Shown: positions 12,642-25,695 of the stretch, one piece after another
Layout: each line of letters opens with the position of its first letter
Position numbering within the stretch: the first letter of the stretch is position 1
Assembly: GCF_001194135.2 (NCBI RefSeq)
Contig: NC_068987.1
Coordinates: 50,797,179-50,860,053, forward strand
DNA length: 62,875 nucleotides
From: Octopus bimaculoides
Taxonomy: Eukaryota
Direction of reading: 5' to 3'
Made by a program: the position numbers and the translations under genes
The notes under the pieces: model-generated
What the model saw: only the letters and a program-made list of their open reading frames with translations
What the model was told of the DNA's origin: nothing
Database searches by the model: none

Positions 12642-13383
12642 AAGAAAAATTACCACCATCCACCAAAATAGTGGACATAGCATCAATGACTAGAACGAAG
12701 GTAAGCAGGATGGTAATATTGTTGATTGTACTGGATGTAGAGAACTTAATGAAAGACTATTCGCACTTGTTCTACGTCGTCCTTTTCGATTTCGCTTTTC
12801 TTTAGCATCAGGAAATATCTTTTCCTGCTAACCTCCACCCTTTAAGCACACCCCCAAAAATATACACGAACACATACACAAATAAGCACGCACGCACACA
12901 CACACACACACACACACTGAGACACACACACATATGAAAGTTAATACACCAAATTTGTTGCGTGATTGAGTTTGAGGAAAGCTCTTCAAACTACGCCGTG
13001 TTAAAGAACAGCTGAATGTCACAGAACAGGCAAGACAACTCGCCTCTGACTCTTCGAGTTGTGCTGTTGGACCGCCTGGTCGGGAAAAATTCAGCAGCGC
13101 CAATCACGGACTTTAAGTTAATTAAATATCTTTGCGACATATTTCAGCTCCTAAAGGCAAATGCGCTGCAGTTACTATGGAGAAAAAGTTTTAACATAAG
13201 ATAGCCGTAAACATGTTTTAACTAACTTAAAGTTTTTTTTTATGCCTTAGTACTGCTTAGTGCTGATACTGCTGAATTTCTTCCGGCTTGGCGGTCTAAT
13301 AGCGCAACTCAGTCAACAACATTGACTGCATTTCAGCTAAAACTACGGCTTTAAGTCTGCCCAAATCACCTCTCTTTCATAAT

Positions 13384-13429
13384 TTCACATTGATGAAGGC
13401 TAGTGAGCCACAAACGCTGCGTCTAGGAA
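13384..13429 (+). ncRNA. Degenerate hammerhead relic (PLE 3' end type)
   Basis: ttcaca-TTGATGA-a-GGCT-agtg-AGCC-ac-AAA-CGCtGCG-TC-taggaa. Stem II is perfect, stem III is quasi-palindromic, and the GTC site is present. The C3 and G12 core positions are altered. Confidence 0.4.
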
Positions 13430-13725
13430 TCCGATAGAGGGCAATACTAGGCAGATATGGTGTTTTTACACTTTTTACCATATGAGATAATTTTTTCTCC
13501 ACGGTAACTGCAGTGAATTTACCTTTATAAGATTAAATATGTCATACATATGTTAAGTAACCTAAGGTTTGCATTTGTACATTCATACATAAATGTCCAA
13601 ACTGCTGTGATTTCCAGTTGACAAATAATGAGGGCTTTAGACTTGTGCACGGCCGGTGCTGTGTTTTCGTTTTCCCTGCAAATCTGTTTTCTAGTTTTTC
13701 TAATTTTTCCAAAAGACGCACACAC

Positions 13726-13775
<50 letters not shown>

Positions 13776-13951
13776 CTTATCTATGAGCGATAGAGGCAGA
13801 TTTTGTAACGAATATTGAGTTGCACATCCAGTTAATGTGTTGATATAAATACTATAAGCTGTGGCAGTCGTCCTAAGAAAACATCTTGTATAAGATGTTA
13901 TATTGTAAAAAGCACAGAATGTACATAAATATGTATATGTAAGTATATAGA

Positions 13952-14172
13952 TAAGAGGGAGTGCTGAAAAGTTCTTCACTTTAAGGATATCGCGAGAGGA
14001 CTGGTTGGAGGCCCAAATTTCCGTTTTTTTTTTTTTTGCAGGACTTAGAGAAATTGTAGGACCGCTACAATAAATGTTAAATCTGAGAGAGGAATATGTT
14101 GAATAAAATCATAATTAACCGATCCTCCTGTATTTTCTTTTATATAAGGACAGGAACTTTTCAGTCTCGTAT
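13952..14172 (+). mobile_element. Mariner-derived MITE
   Basis: Inverted ends ctgaaaagttc / gaacttttcag with TA at both flanks. The internal GGAATATGTTGAATAA encodes GEYVE*, the typical mariner transposase C-terminus. Confidence 0.75.
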
Positions 14173-14732
14173 ATATCCACACAGATTATTACTTATCCAC
14201 ACTCAGATATTTGTATATGTTTTAAGTTTGCATACGCAGACACACACACACACAGACATACACATACACACACAAATACACACACACACACACACACAGA
14301 CAGAGAGGCAGACACACACAAACTCAAACGCGCGCACACGCACACATACACACATACACATACACATACACACACACAGATCTATGATTATGAGTAAAAA
14401 GCAAAAGTGGAAATAACACTTCCTTGGCTTCGACGAAAAATATTCAGTTATTCATTTACCTAGACTACCTACTTATTAAATTAGTGGCTGAGCATTTCAT
14501 ACACACGTGGATATGAAGCGTGATACAGGTTCACAAGCTTGCTTCTTTCCACTAGGAGTGGAATCCATCCGATGGTCTTCATAGTTTCCATTTACCGAAT
14601 TTCACTCACACACCTTGTATCAAACGCTGATGTAGGGTAATATAGTTGCCCAAGAAGACACGAGGAGTAATCGAAAACGTGTCCTTATAAATGCGAAGCG
14701 AACTTCTTAAGCACGTAGTCATGATTACATTC

Positions 14733-14773
<41 letters not shown>

Positions 14774-15034
14774 CTTACATACCATACGTATGCAAACACT
14801 TATACGCTCAGACATATTTTGTCAATAGCTATTCTTTGCTGAAGGTTTTCAATAGATATTATTAAATACAATTGTACACATCCATTGGTTCTCCCTCGCA
14901 TGCGCACTCACACAGACACACACATACAGACACACACACACACATACACACGCACATGTATCAAGCACATACTTCTCTTTCTCGAGCCGTCTCACACAAA
15001 CATACTCGAACATAAACTCAATAAATATGCTGCC

Positions 15035-15070
<36 letters not shown>

Positions 15071-15086
15071 NNNNNNNNNNTATATG

Positions 15087-15135
<49 letters not shown>

Positions 15136-15798
15136 ACACATACACACACATATATATGTATGTAGATTGGCAGGTACGTCTTAGCAGGTTGGATCATATG
15201 AATTCTCAGTTAGTAGAATTCCTTTTGAAATTATGTATTGTAAATCACGTACGACATGCGACTTCTTTGATACACTTTTGGACATAATATACAGCATTTC
15301 TTTCTAGATTTTTCAATACACGAACAGTTCATAGCGATAAATAAAACCTAAATGAAAACCATTACATACAAGCATATATAGAGTAATGCATAGAAATATT
15401 TTTATTCAGATGATAAACAAATATATTTTTATGTCTTGACAAAATAAAACCGAATCCAATTGAAACGCTTTTAGTATTTATTTGAAAGTGGACGAGTGTT
15501 TCGATACTGTTGTTGTTCTTCTTTACTCTCAGCTCGGCATCACTCGAATAGATTTATGATCAGATGCATTCCAAATATGACCATCACTAAATTTTTGTTA
15601 TCATTGTCCGTCTTTGTCGTCTATATTTAAGGCAGTAGGGTGTAATTTGGGAGTTTATTTTTTTTAGTACGTTTGTTCTATTGCTTCGATGTTTCTTCGC
15701 ATATAGTTTTTGCCTCTCTCTCTTTCTACCTCTATACGATGTAAAACCCGAACGGAGAAAGTGACCACCCAAACCAACCAAAATTTATAGCGAGTCAT

Positions 15799-15983
15799 AA
15801 GGTGGCGAGCTGGCACAAACTTTAGCACGCCGAGCAAAATGCTTAACGGAATTTTGTCCGCCTTTGCGATGTGGTTTCAAATTCTGTCGACTTAGATTTT
15901 GCCTTTCATCCATTCCGGGGTCGATAAAATGAATTCTATATAATTGAAATTTTTGGCCTTGTGCCAAAATTTGAAACCAATAT
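15799..15983 (+). mobile_element. tRNA-derived SINE, family A (first monomer of a dimer)
   Basis: Head aaggtggcgagctggca..ttagcacgccg..caaattc, body tttgcctttcatcc..ggggtcgataaa, tail ccttgtgccaaaatttgaaaccaatat. Multiple copies in the window. Confidence 0.85.
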
Positions 15984-15997
15984 AAATATCAATTTAG

Positions 15998-16182
15998 AAG
16001 GCGGTGAGCTAGCAGAATCGTTAGCACGCCGGGAAAAATGCTTAACGGCATTTCGTCCGTCTTCATGTTCTGTGTTCAAATTCCGCCACGGTCGATACAA
16101 TAAGTACTAGTTGAGCACTGGGGTCGATGTATTCAACTTAGCCTCGAACTTGCTAGCCTTGTACCAAATTTGAATCCAATAT
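15998..16182 (+). mobile_element. tRNA-derived SINE, family A (second monomer)
   Basis: Homologous to 15799-15983 and in head-to-tail arrangement with it. Confidence 0.85.
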
Positions 16183-16431
16183 TTATAGCGAGTATTATTA
16201 TACAGAACTATTTGAGGCTCAATATGTTGCATATATCTTAGCTTCGAAAATACTGGTTTCACATGACTCTTTCAGCATATAGCAAGTATTTGAGGGATTC
16301 CCCATAGTCGAGGCTTAAAGACCCATAAGGCATTACTCGGTTAGGGAATATATTGAAAGATTTTTGCCCAAAATGCCATATGAGGCGAAAACCACGCGGT
16401 TGCGTGACACTTTCCTTAACTGTTTATCTCA

Positions 16432-16436
16432 TATGC

Positions 16437-16477
<41 letters not shown>

Positions 16478-16519
16478 CACACACACATACATGTATATAT
16501 ATGTATGTGTATATATATG

Positions 16520-16590
<71 letters not shown>

Positions 16591-16892
16591 GCATGTAAAT
16601 ATGTAAGTATATATGTAAATATATATGTATATACATATGTATGTGTATATATATATTTATATATGTATATATGTATGTATATATGTATATATGTATACAT
16701 ATATGTATATATAAATGTATATATATGTGTATATATATATATGTATATATGTGTACATATATGTATATATGTATGTATATATGTATATATGTATATATGT
16801 GTATATATATATATGTATATATATGTATGAATATATATGTATGTACATATGTATATATATATATATATACATGTATTATATGCATGGATATA

Positions 16893-16928
<36 letters not shown>

Positions 16929-16954
16929 TATATATATATATGTATATACACATG

Positions 16955-16986
<32 letters not shown>

Positions 16987-17010
16987 CACATGTATATATA
17001 TATATATATA
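16432..17010. repeat. ~580-bp alternating purine-pyrimidine (CA)/(TA)/(TATG) tract
   Basis: Direct reading. Confidence 0.95.
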
Positions 17011-18655
17011 GAAAACACTGTCATCTTATTCCATATGGGTAGACATATAGGAAAAAATAGAAGTTGAAGATGCAATGAGAGTAGTTAAAATATTTTTTTA
17101 TCAATGTTTTGAAAGCTTTAACCGAGTTCACAGTTTACACTGATTTTCAAAGGTCGTTGGGATATTGTATGTTTATGCAACTTGAAGTTGGTTCTGTACA
17201 TGCACTCTTAATAGTTTAATTCTTAGGGACTTTTGAGAAACTGTAGAAGTAGCTAGTCTTGCAATCAAAATGGGTTAGGTAGTCACATTCTTTGTATGTT
17301 AAACCTTTTTTATGTCTGTAAATGAGTGCGTTCACTTTAGTCATTGTCTTTGGTTTTTGGTAATTATTTACCCTTTCGTAGTGTGTCATATCTTGTAATA
17401 TAGATAGTATATCTCTTGTAGTGTTCAATATCCATAATAACTATTGCACTTTCCTTATCTGCCTCCTCAATCATAATGTTAATGTCTTTCAGTTCATGTA
17501 TAATATCCCATTCCTTTCGAGTTGTATTGGGCTTGATTTAGGGATGTGGAAGTTCTTTGTAAGGGAAGGTAGAAATAAAAATAAAAATTTATCTAAAGCT
17601 TTATTCCTACCTTTCGTAGACTTGTAATTGCTCTTGTTTCTTGCACTTGAATCATCCCTGATTTCTTTATCGTACAATACCTCTGTTAGGCGTAGTTTTC
17701 TACAGAACTGTGAAATATCGTTCTGTATTTCATTGGAGTTAGAGTGTTGTGGTGTTGGGATAAATTTTAGGCCTTTTGACAAAATGTTAATTTCTTCTAC
17801 CGAGAAAGTTTTTTTTGCATATGATAATTATCCTCTGTTTCTCATCTTCGGTTTGTACCATCCGGTGTCGAGAACTCTGTCGGTTGAATTTAAAAAAATG
17901 AATTTTCAGAGTTGTCTTGTTATTACTATTTATATACCCGAGGGCATTTTCTCTGTTAACTTGTCCTCTTTTGTATCGATTTTGTACATTTGTTATTCTG
18001 GATCGTATTTGTTTCTGTAATTTTCTTTTAAGTTGATATTTTTTATCCGTTCTGTATGTTTTCGGTTTTGGGGAAAGTTCAGTCCAGTCGAAAGGAAATC
18101 TTCGATTCCTTTAGTTGCATTATTTTGTTGTCGAAGTAGTCTTGAATTGTCCTTATGGAATTGGTGACTATAATTTCCATATTTAGGTATTTCATTAATC
18201 AGTTACGAATGAGATTTGTGGATTTTAACTTTCTTCAGGAATAGGTTCTTCAGGAATGAATTCTTTTAGTATAGGTTTTATTTGTAGTTTATTTGTAGTT
18301 TCAAAATGAGATTCACAATTGAAGAACCAAAGAGCACTTCTCTCCCACCGTTGAAGAAACGTTAATTCCTCGTTTTCACATTTTTCTTTCCAAAGTTTAA
18401 TAGTTTCTCGGTCTTTGCATGTTTTTGAAATTTCTGTTTGCATTTGTGCATTAATCGTTTTACATTTTCCTTCGTTGGAATTTGTTCTTAGCCGTAATAG
18501 CTGGGTTTCCATTCTAAATTTGTCGAGAACCATCTTTTTCCTAAGATTGTGTTGTTGTTCGGGTTCATTAGAGATAGGTTTTATTTGTAGTTTCTTTGGG
18601 AGGATGATCGGTGTTGGACTGAGCCATTTTTCATATATTTCCGCTTAGCCATTAT
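17010..18655 (-). pseudogene. Penelope-like element ORF, N-terminal region to early RT, disrupted
   Basis: Minus-strand fragments: SKGLKFIPTP..DISQFCRKLRLTE (LSKGLxFxPTP motif), TTRDILSILQDMTHYE..SYFYSFSKVPK (FYxLPKIHK-like), PNDL. The left end is lost in a microsatellite. Confidence 0.8.
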
Positions 18656-18660
18656 TTTTA

Positions 18661-18950
18661 ATGAAGTTCCAAAATATCAATTTTACGATGGAATACAGTA
18701 AAACTCAACTATCATTCCAGGATATACTAATTATCAAAAGAGATAAAATCATTGAAACAGATATTCACTACAAACAGACAGATTATAAACAATATTTACT
18801 GTTTTCCTGGTGTCATCCCAAACACACGAAGACTAATATCCCCTTTAATCTAGCAAGAAAAATCTACACAATTGTCTGAAACCCCGAAACCCGCAATAAA
18901 AGACTCCAGGAACTAAAATAATTTACAATTGCAAGCTAACATTTGCAAGT
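18661..18950 (+). pseudogene. Penelope-like RT thumb region
   Basis: NINFTMEYSKTQLSFQDILIIKRDKIIETDIHYKQTDYKQYLLFSWCHPKHTKTNIPFNLARKIYTIV matches the PLE pattern IxFTxE..xFLD..TxxYxKxT..YL.xSxHP..IP. Confidence 0.85.
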
Positions 18951-19361
18951 CTCCCTCCTCTTTATATTTAACCTCTCAGTATCAAATCAACGAAGCAGCC
19001 TCAGCCTCTGCACAGTCACACGACATGGTAGCAATAGTAGCCAATCTTCTTTGAATTACAATCTATAATTATAATAAATTTCTATTGGATAACCTTTTCT
19101 CGGATATCTCTGAAATACAGGCTAGGCCCCGATGGAATGACTTTGATCACAAGTTTAGTCGATCACTGTTAACCTGCATCCTAACCCTAACCCCAACCCC
19201 AACACTAACACCTGCACCAATAACCTCTCAGACTATTTTCGTCCAGCACTCATTCAACGCCATAACTGTCTGAAATTTTCTATGTACTCCTGTTTCTTTT
19301 CCCCCTCCTCTTTTCTCTATGACAGACCCCTCTCTCATGAAATTCTTCACTCACACAAATT

Positions 19362-19412
<51 letters not shown>

Positions 19413-19414
19413 AG

Positions 19415-19900
19415 CCACTGAGAGGTTTATGATGAAGGCAATCGAAAATATTAAAGCAGCCCAGGACGAAGTAAACGAAGACATCATGAATAGTATTTAG
19501 AAGTTATGGCCAGAAGCATGTAATAATTTAGAGTAATTGGACGAAAAAATGATGCCATCAGTAACTTTAGGTGGCCAACGACGGGAGAAAGAAAAATGGA
19601 GGGATTAATAGAAACTTATGGTGGGATTTCATGTGTTGAAGTGTTGCAACATATCCAAAATGAGGCTGAAAATTCTACTTTAAAAACAGTAACACAAGAA
19701 AGAATTAGTAATTTTGAATTGCTATGTGGTAGAAATACTAAGATTGTAGAAATTATGCAACAGTTTACTGAAAATAGGTCTAATAAGGAGCGCAGCAGCA
19801 AGGCAATGAGAGGAATTCGAGACATGAGGTTTTGCTACAGTGAACTTCTTCACAAGAGAAACGCAAACGACATTAGTTACATTCTTTGAAAAGTAACTGA
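19415..19900 (+). pseudogene. Tigger/pogo (CENP-B-like DDE) transposase 3' remnant
   Basis: MKAIENIKAAQDEVNEDIMNSI*KLWPE and NKERSSKAMRGIRDMRFCYSELL resemble the Tigger C-terminal motifs AIxNIxxAWxEV..MN..WKKLxP and DPNxERSxKVxRxI..CYxE. Confidence 0.65.
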
Positions 19901-21016
19901 TGCGCTAAGAAGTAATTACAGCTTGGGCCTTATCCCCAGGGAGCCTGAGGCAGCAAAATGGATGAGTGTTTAGAGCGTTGGATAGAATGTTATGTGGTAT
20001 TTCTTCCGATAGTCTGCGCTCGAAGCTCAAGAGCCGCCAAGGTCAACTTTGCTTTTAATCTTTTCGGGATCGATAAAAAGTGCCAATTAGATAGTTTGCG
20101 GTGTTTGTTTGGTTCGTTGCGTTCAAACCCAACCACAACCTACTTGAGTGCTAGACTTTACCTGTCAGCCGGTTTAATATCAGTAATTAGCAGTTTGACA
20201 AACTTTAGCAGATTCCACTCTGTTACTTGCATTGAGGGTCAAGTTTCTAGTCTGAAGTTATCCGCCTTCTTCTCTCCCACTAACCCCAGAGGCCCTGTAA
20301 CGAGTTATGGAACTTGAGTAAAAGATGAATTGTTCTGCCCCAGTACGCACTCCAGATTTTCAATTGAATTAATGAGAGCATGCCTCTGTATACGTATTTA
20401 AAGTTGATTAATTAAATCTATTTAAGAATATTTGAATAACAAAATATATTAATTTAAATTTATCTCAATTTAATAACTTCCTTTTACAATGTGTAACGTC
20501 ACATTGTGTAAATTTATCTAAAGTTATTAAATGCTTGCAGGATGCGACAGCAAAAATTGAAAATGTAAAGCCATTTGGCAATGTTTATCATCATTGTTTT
20601 CCTTAAACAGTGAAGTATGACTCTTTAAGTTACGTTTTAATGATCCTAATTGCGTAGATTGCGTTTAGCTCTGCTCTTCATTTACTGGAACCTATATCTT
20701 TTTATGCACAAATGCGGAACATGCAATACATGAATAAGCTATATAATTTAATGAAAATAAACTCAATTATATTATAAATATTTCATGTTTATGGGTGACT
20801 GTTGGAAAAAGCGGAGCATGGATGTGATATGTAATTTAGTTTAGTTACATGGATTTGAATTTTAGTATTGGAATCAAAAGCTTAAATACAAAGAATGGCA
20901 TCGATCTACCAGCCTATTTGAATTTACATACATACATACACATGCGCGCGCACATTCAGCTATGCGAATTAACTAGGCTGTAGATGTCTTCTACTCTTGC
21001 TTGTATATATCTTTTA

Positions 21017-21097
21017 CTGGAGATTAAAAAGAAAATGTTCGCGCTGATGACGCTTATTGGGGCAGAAACAGATGTCCACGACTTCTATTATCTCCAG
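21017..21097 (+). ncRNA. Candidate type I hammerhead ribozyme with complete catalytic core and extended helix I
   Basis: Core CTGATGA (21044-21050), GAAAC (21065-21069), GTC (21074-21076). Helix I: gttcgcg/cacgac, then agaa/ttct and ctggagat/atctccag. Stem III is ACA-ga-TGT. Stem II is weak. Confidence 0.6.
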
Positions 21098-21389
21098 AAA
21101 ATGTGTCTTTTCTTTCCCTTAATGGTATGTCAACCTTGGAGGAATTATTCACTCTCGAGATAATCTCCTCTCGTCATACGGAGCTGGTCTCACTTGCCAT
21201 TTAGTAAAGGTGACACATCCTCTAGTGGCGGAGTTAACTTTGAAAAACAAATAAGTTATGTTATATACCATTTGATACACATATAAATGTCTATGTTGTT
21301 CACATAAATGTCACACACCACTCTGAGTTATTTCTCATAGTTAAATTTACTTCAAATTACACACACACACCCAAACACACAAACACACA

Positions 21390-21420
<31 letters not shown>

Positions 21421-21572
21421 CATATATGATGTGTATTTTACCGTTTGCGCGCGCGCGTTTGTGTGTGTGTTTGTGTGCTTGAATATGTGAACACGAATTT
21501 CATAAAGAAATGCATATATTTGTCCACGCTTCATGGATGAGTTGGGTGGAAAACCGTAAAAATGCAGTGTTG

Positions 21573-21617
<45 letters not shown>

Positions 21618-21838
21618 GGATAAATAGACAAATAGATAAACTTATAGATAGTGAAATAGAGAGGTAGGCTGAAAGTTAGATAAATAAGTAGAGAAGTAGA
21701 TAAATAGATCGGAAGAGTGATAGCAGGAGAGAGAAAAAGACAGAGGGGTAGAGAAGGAAATTGAGGGAGAGAGGGAGAGAGAGCGAGAGAGTGACAGAGA
21801 GGGAGAGAGAGAGAGAGAGCGAGAGAGTGACAGAGAGG

Positions 21839-21876
<38 letters not shown>

Positions 21877-21920
21877 CAGAGAGAGAGAGAGAGATAAAGA
21901 GGTAAACAGATAGAGTGAAA
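21573..21920. repeat. Purine-rich (GATA)n to (GA)n tract with a duplicated gagcgagagagtgacagagaggga unit
   Basis: Direct reading. Confidence 0.9.
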
Positions 21921-23171
21921 GGGTTGTCAGATTCCATTACTTTGAAAGTGGTAGAGATGGAAAGAATGTCTGGGAATTTGGGAGCAATATGTTACTTGTA
22001 TCTCAAATAGTGAATAAAATATGTTTAAACTGTCTTTTACGTTAAACTGCAAAGAGAATCCCATTCGCTCTATACAAAACATTACATAAAAACAAAACAG
22101 AACAACATTAAAGAACAAATATTCGAAGTAGAAAAAAAACACAACAGGAATATGGAAAAGATAAACCCATTAAAAAATCAGAATCAACCAATGGGTGTGG
22201 ACAAATAGTATCCTGTTATATTGCTTTCACTTTGTCTCTACATGCTGTTTCTATTTGATCTTCTTGTCTAGAGGGAAAAAAAAGAGTTAGATAATGTTAT
22301 ATATGCACTGTGTATGAAAGAAACATAAAGGCGACTGGATGGCAACGGCTGCAATGTTTTTGATTTAAGCGCTGTTCAGTCGTACCTGACCTGGGGTTAA
22401 ACAAAAGAAGCAACAGCAGCATTAACATGAACAATATTTACAACCGTAACAACAACAACAACAACAACAGTTCATTAGACTGGGTCTTGATAATAAAATT
22501 ATATTGATTTTCAACTTAGGCAGAAGTCTACATTATTTCGGAAGATATGAAGAATATTAGTGCTTCTCATATTCAATTTGTGCTTGCACTTATTTAATCG
22601 ATCACAGCAGGAAGAAAAGAAATATCGACCTTCCCACACGAGGTTAAATAGCAAACCGGTTAATTGTTTTTAACCCCGTCGGGTATTAAAAATTAACCTA
22701 TGTGGCATTTAAAATGAGAACATACATGTTAGAAGCTAAATATAGTAAAGCAATTAATTGTGAAACAACGGTCTATATATGAAATCTCATGTTCTTCCAT
22801 CGATGAAAAAATATTATTAGTTAACATAAATACAAAGTCTCACACTTAGGGAGGAAGTACGGTCGATTGAGGTCCCTCCCAGTTATTGTTTGTGACTTAT
22901 TTTATTGATCTCAGAATGAAAAAAAAAACAAAGCTGACCCCGAAACGGCAGGCCCTTCGCCAGATTTTGGTGCCTGGCGGGGGGTTGTTTCAGAATATTC
23001 TGGGTAGGCACTAATTTGTATTGCGGGAAAAGTTTCGTAAACTGTATTTTTTAAGTCTGAGGAGATACCATTGAATAGTGAGGGTGCAGTGCTGTCCGGT
23101 TCCCCTCAACCACCCCTTTAGCGCCGGCCATGCAGCAGGGTTGAAATCAAAGAATAATGTATCGCACCAAA

Positions 23172-23390
23172 ATATCGGTTTCAAATTTTGTATCAAAGTC
23201 AACAATTCCGGGGTAGAAGATAAGTCGATTACATTGACGCTAGTGTTCAACTGGTACTTATTTTACTGACCTCGAAATGCTGAAAGGCAAAGTCAACCTC
23301 GACGGAATTTGAACTCAGAAAGTGAAGACGGACGAAATACCGATAAGCAACTTGCCCGGCGCGTTAACGAACCTGCCAGTTCGTTGCCAT
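23172..23390 (-). mobile_element. tRNA-derived SINE, family A
   Basis: Reverse complement of the 15799 family, including ggaatttgaactcagaa (B box on minus) and tcgaaatgctgaaaggcaaagtc. Confidence 0.85.
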
Positions 23391-24566
23391 GTATGGTGGG
23401 AAAGCATTTTTTTCTACGTCTAACTAATTCAGCCAATTTACCGTCCACTGATTTTTAAAATACTGATTTCTAAAATAGGCGCAAACCAACATTTGTTTTT
23501 TAATATAGCCACAAGGATGGAAAGCAATGTTGACTGTGGGCAGGATTTGAAATCAGCACATAAATATCTGAAACAAAATCGTTGGAGTTCTTGATCTGGT
23601 TGTTTACGATAGTGCTACTACATCATCCTCCATGATAATATGTTGATTTCAAACATTTGCACTCGACCACAAAATTTGTGAGTTGTATTTGTCGCTTATA
23701 TTGTCTCCAGTGGTTGAATGGTGCTGTACTTCTTGTTTCCAGAAGGAAAAAAATAAAACTGGTCTTAAGTGAAACTGATCTCAAAGATTGAAAGGCCGTA
23801 GCAGTATTCTACCTCGAACTCAACTAATTCTAGCAGTTCACAGTTGTCCTTGAAGCGATGATATTGATTTCAAGACGTTAAAATTAGAAACAGATATTTA
23901 ATGGCTGTACTTAACGCTATATGTTGACATTACAAAGTTGGAAGTTGACCTTTAATTTCTAATATAACTTATTAGAGAGTATCGCAATGCTGCGTTCGCT
24001 TTGCTAGAAATAGTTGTGAAATCTTTCTCATAATAAACACTGATCGTCTTAAAAGATCAACAAACTACAAAACTTAGTACATCCAACAAAAGAAAAAAAG
24101 ATGATGAAAATCAGAACGCCTCGCCATCGCACATAGCGAGTGGTATCTATTTGTCACTATGCATTTTGAATGACACTTGAACTAACAAAACAACCGCAGA
24201 TCAGCGCAGATCACCTTCTACATAATCATTTTACCTGCTATAAATGGCAACCAAACTGAAGTGGGACGCAGTACGAGACGTTTAAGATTAATAATACCAA
24301 AGTTAGTTTGTTTTAAGTCCGTTTTTCTATGCTACTATGGATTGGACCACGCTGCCTCGAACACTTGCCTGTTTTTCGAGAGGTTTTTTCTTATTCTACA
24401 AGATTGCAAAAGCGCTGAGCTACAGGACGCATTATTTGCAAGGAATGTAAACATGACATTCTTATTTTTTTGCTTAGTTTCATGCAAAGATGCAGGATCT
24501 CAGCATTCATGCACTGACGCACGCGCACACACACACACAAACGCACGCACACATGCACACACACAG

Positions 24567-24727
24567 ACGCGAAAGACTTCCATTCAGTTTTCGTTTTCCA
24601 AGTCTATTCATAAGGCTCTGGTCAGTTCCTAGCTACAGAATATATGTTGTCGAATGTAACACACTATGGGATGGAACCCGAAACTATGTGGTTACGCAAC
24701 AAACTGCGTATCCATACCGCCGTACCT
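24567..24727 (-). mobile_element. SINE family B, degenerate 5' half
   Basis: Reverse-strand match to 28208-28365 (ttcagttttcgttttccaagtctattcataaggc..ggaacccgaaactatgtggtt). Confidence 0.6.
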
Positions 24728-25695
24728 TCTCCTACCTTTTTCACATCTAAATCGTTTATACGAGTCCTTTTAAGTTCTTATTAGGAAATTACCTAACATG
24801 TTATAAATCATAAATATTAGTATTAGATGTTTTCTACTTTGTGCCTAAGTTTATTTGTTGCAAATGTGTAAACAACCTACTATGCAGCACTTCCACAAAA
24901 GACGTAGTCATGTGAGGAGATAAAAAAACCGCAACTGCTCTCGATAGAACTATACATTCTGTAGGCCTGAATTTACGGAAGATCTGTTGTCGCATATGTG
25001 CAGAATAACCCAACCATCACACTTAGCTGAAGATAATCTGTCAATTATATACCACGCGCTTGTAGTCACTAGACACAAAATACTGAATAAACGCAAGCAG
25101 TGTCATAGTTAGAAAGATATTGGCGCACATCAACCTCACTCTTTCGTTTTCGCACAATATTATGCCTAGATACATTTAAGACAACTTAGCTTGTATGGGG
25201 ATGCAGGTGATTACAAAATGGCTCAATGGACTTCCAGGCACAGTAATACCATCTAACTTGGCTTATGTCTTTGCCACACAAAAGAATCATTCTAGGTGCT
25301 ACCCTGCATCATGGTTTCTATCCCAGCATGTCGGTATTTTTATATGCATGTAATAAAGATTCATATACCATATTTTTAACAATATCATTGTAGATATCAA
25401 TCTCATACTGTATTTTACTGATATAACTTTTACATTATTACTTTTGTTGAGATAAAGCACGAACCAATTTTTAACGCTTTTTCCAACAGATTCGACAACG
25501 ATAGTTATAAGCTGATTTTTTTCATATTGAAGACTAATATCCTTTATCTTGATATCATCTACCGTCACAAAATTACCAAATATGATTAAATTGAAAAGAT
25601 GCTGATTAAACTAATGTTTTTGTGTCTTAGTTTTTCTGTTGATTGTTAAAAAAATACAGATTTAAATAGAATTTCATGAAGATTAAGCGTAATTC

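Noticed and set aside
12462-12706. Possible exon ending ATGACTAGAACGAAG|gtaagc (MTRTK, histone-H3-like start)
   Set aside because: Only five codons, no downstream exon found, and such donor matches are common by chance.
12828-13204. GC-richer stretch with ORFs on both strands
   Set aside because: No recognisable protein, the minus ORF starts at TTG and runs into (TG)n. It could be regulatory, but this is unsupported.
14627-14656. CTGATGT-a-GGGTAA-tatag-TTGCCC hammerhead-like half
   Set aside because: Good stem II, but the GAAA box, stem III and stem I are absent; at most a very decayed relic.
19180-19210. cctaaccctaaccccaaccccaacactaac as an interstitial telomere
   Set aside because: Only about two true TAACCC units; not distinguishable from low-complexity sequence.
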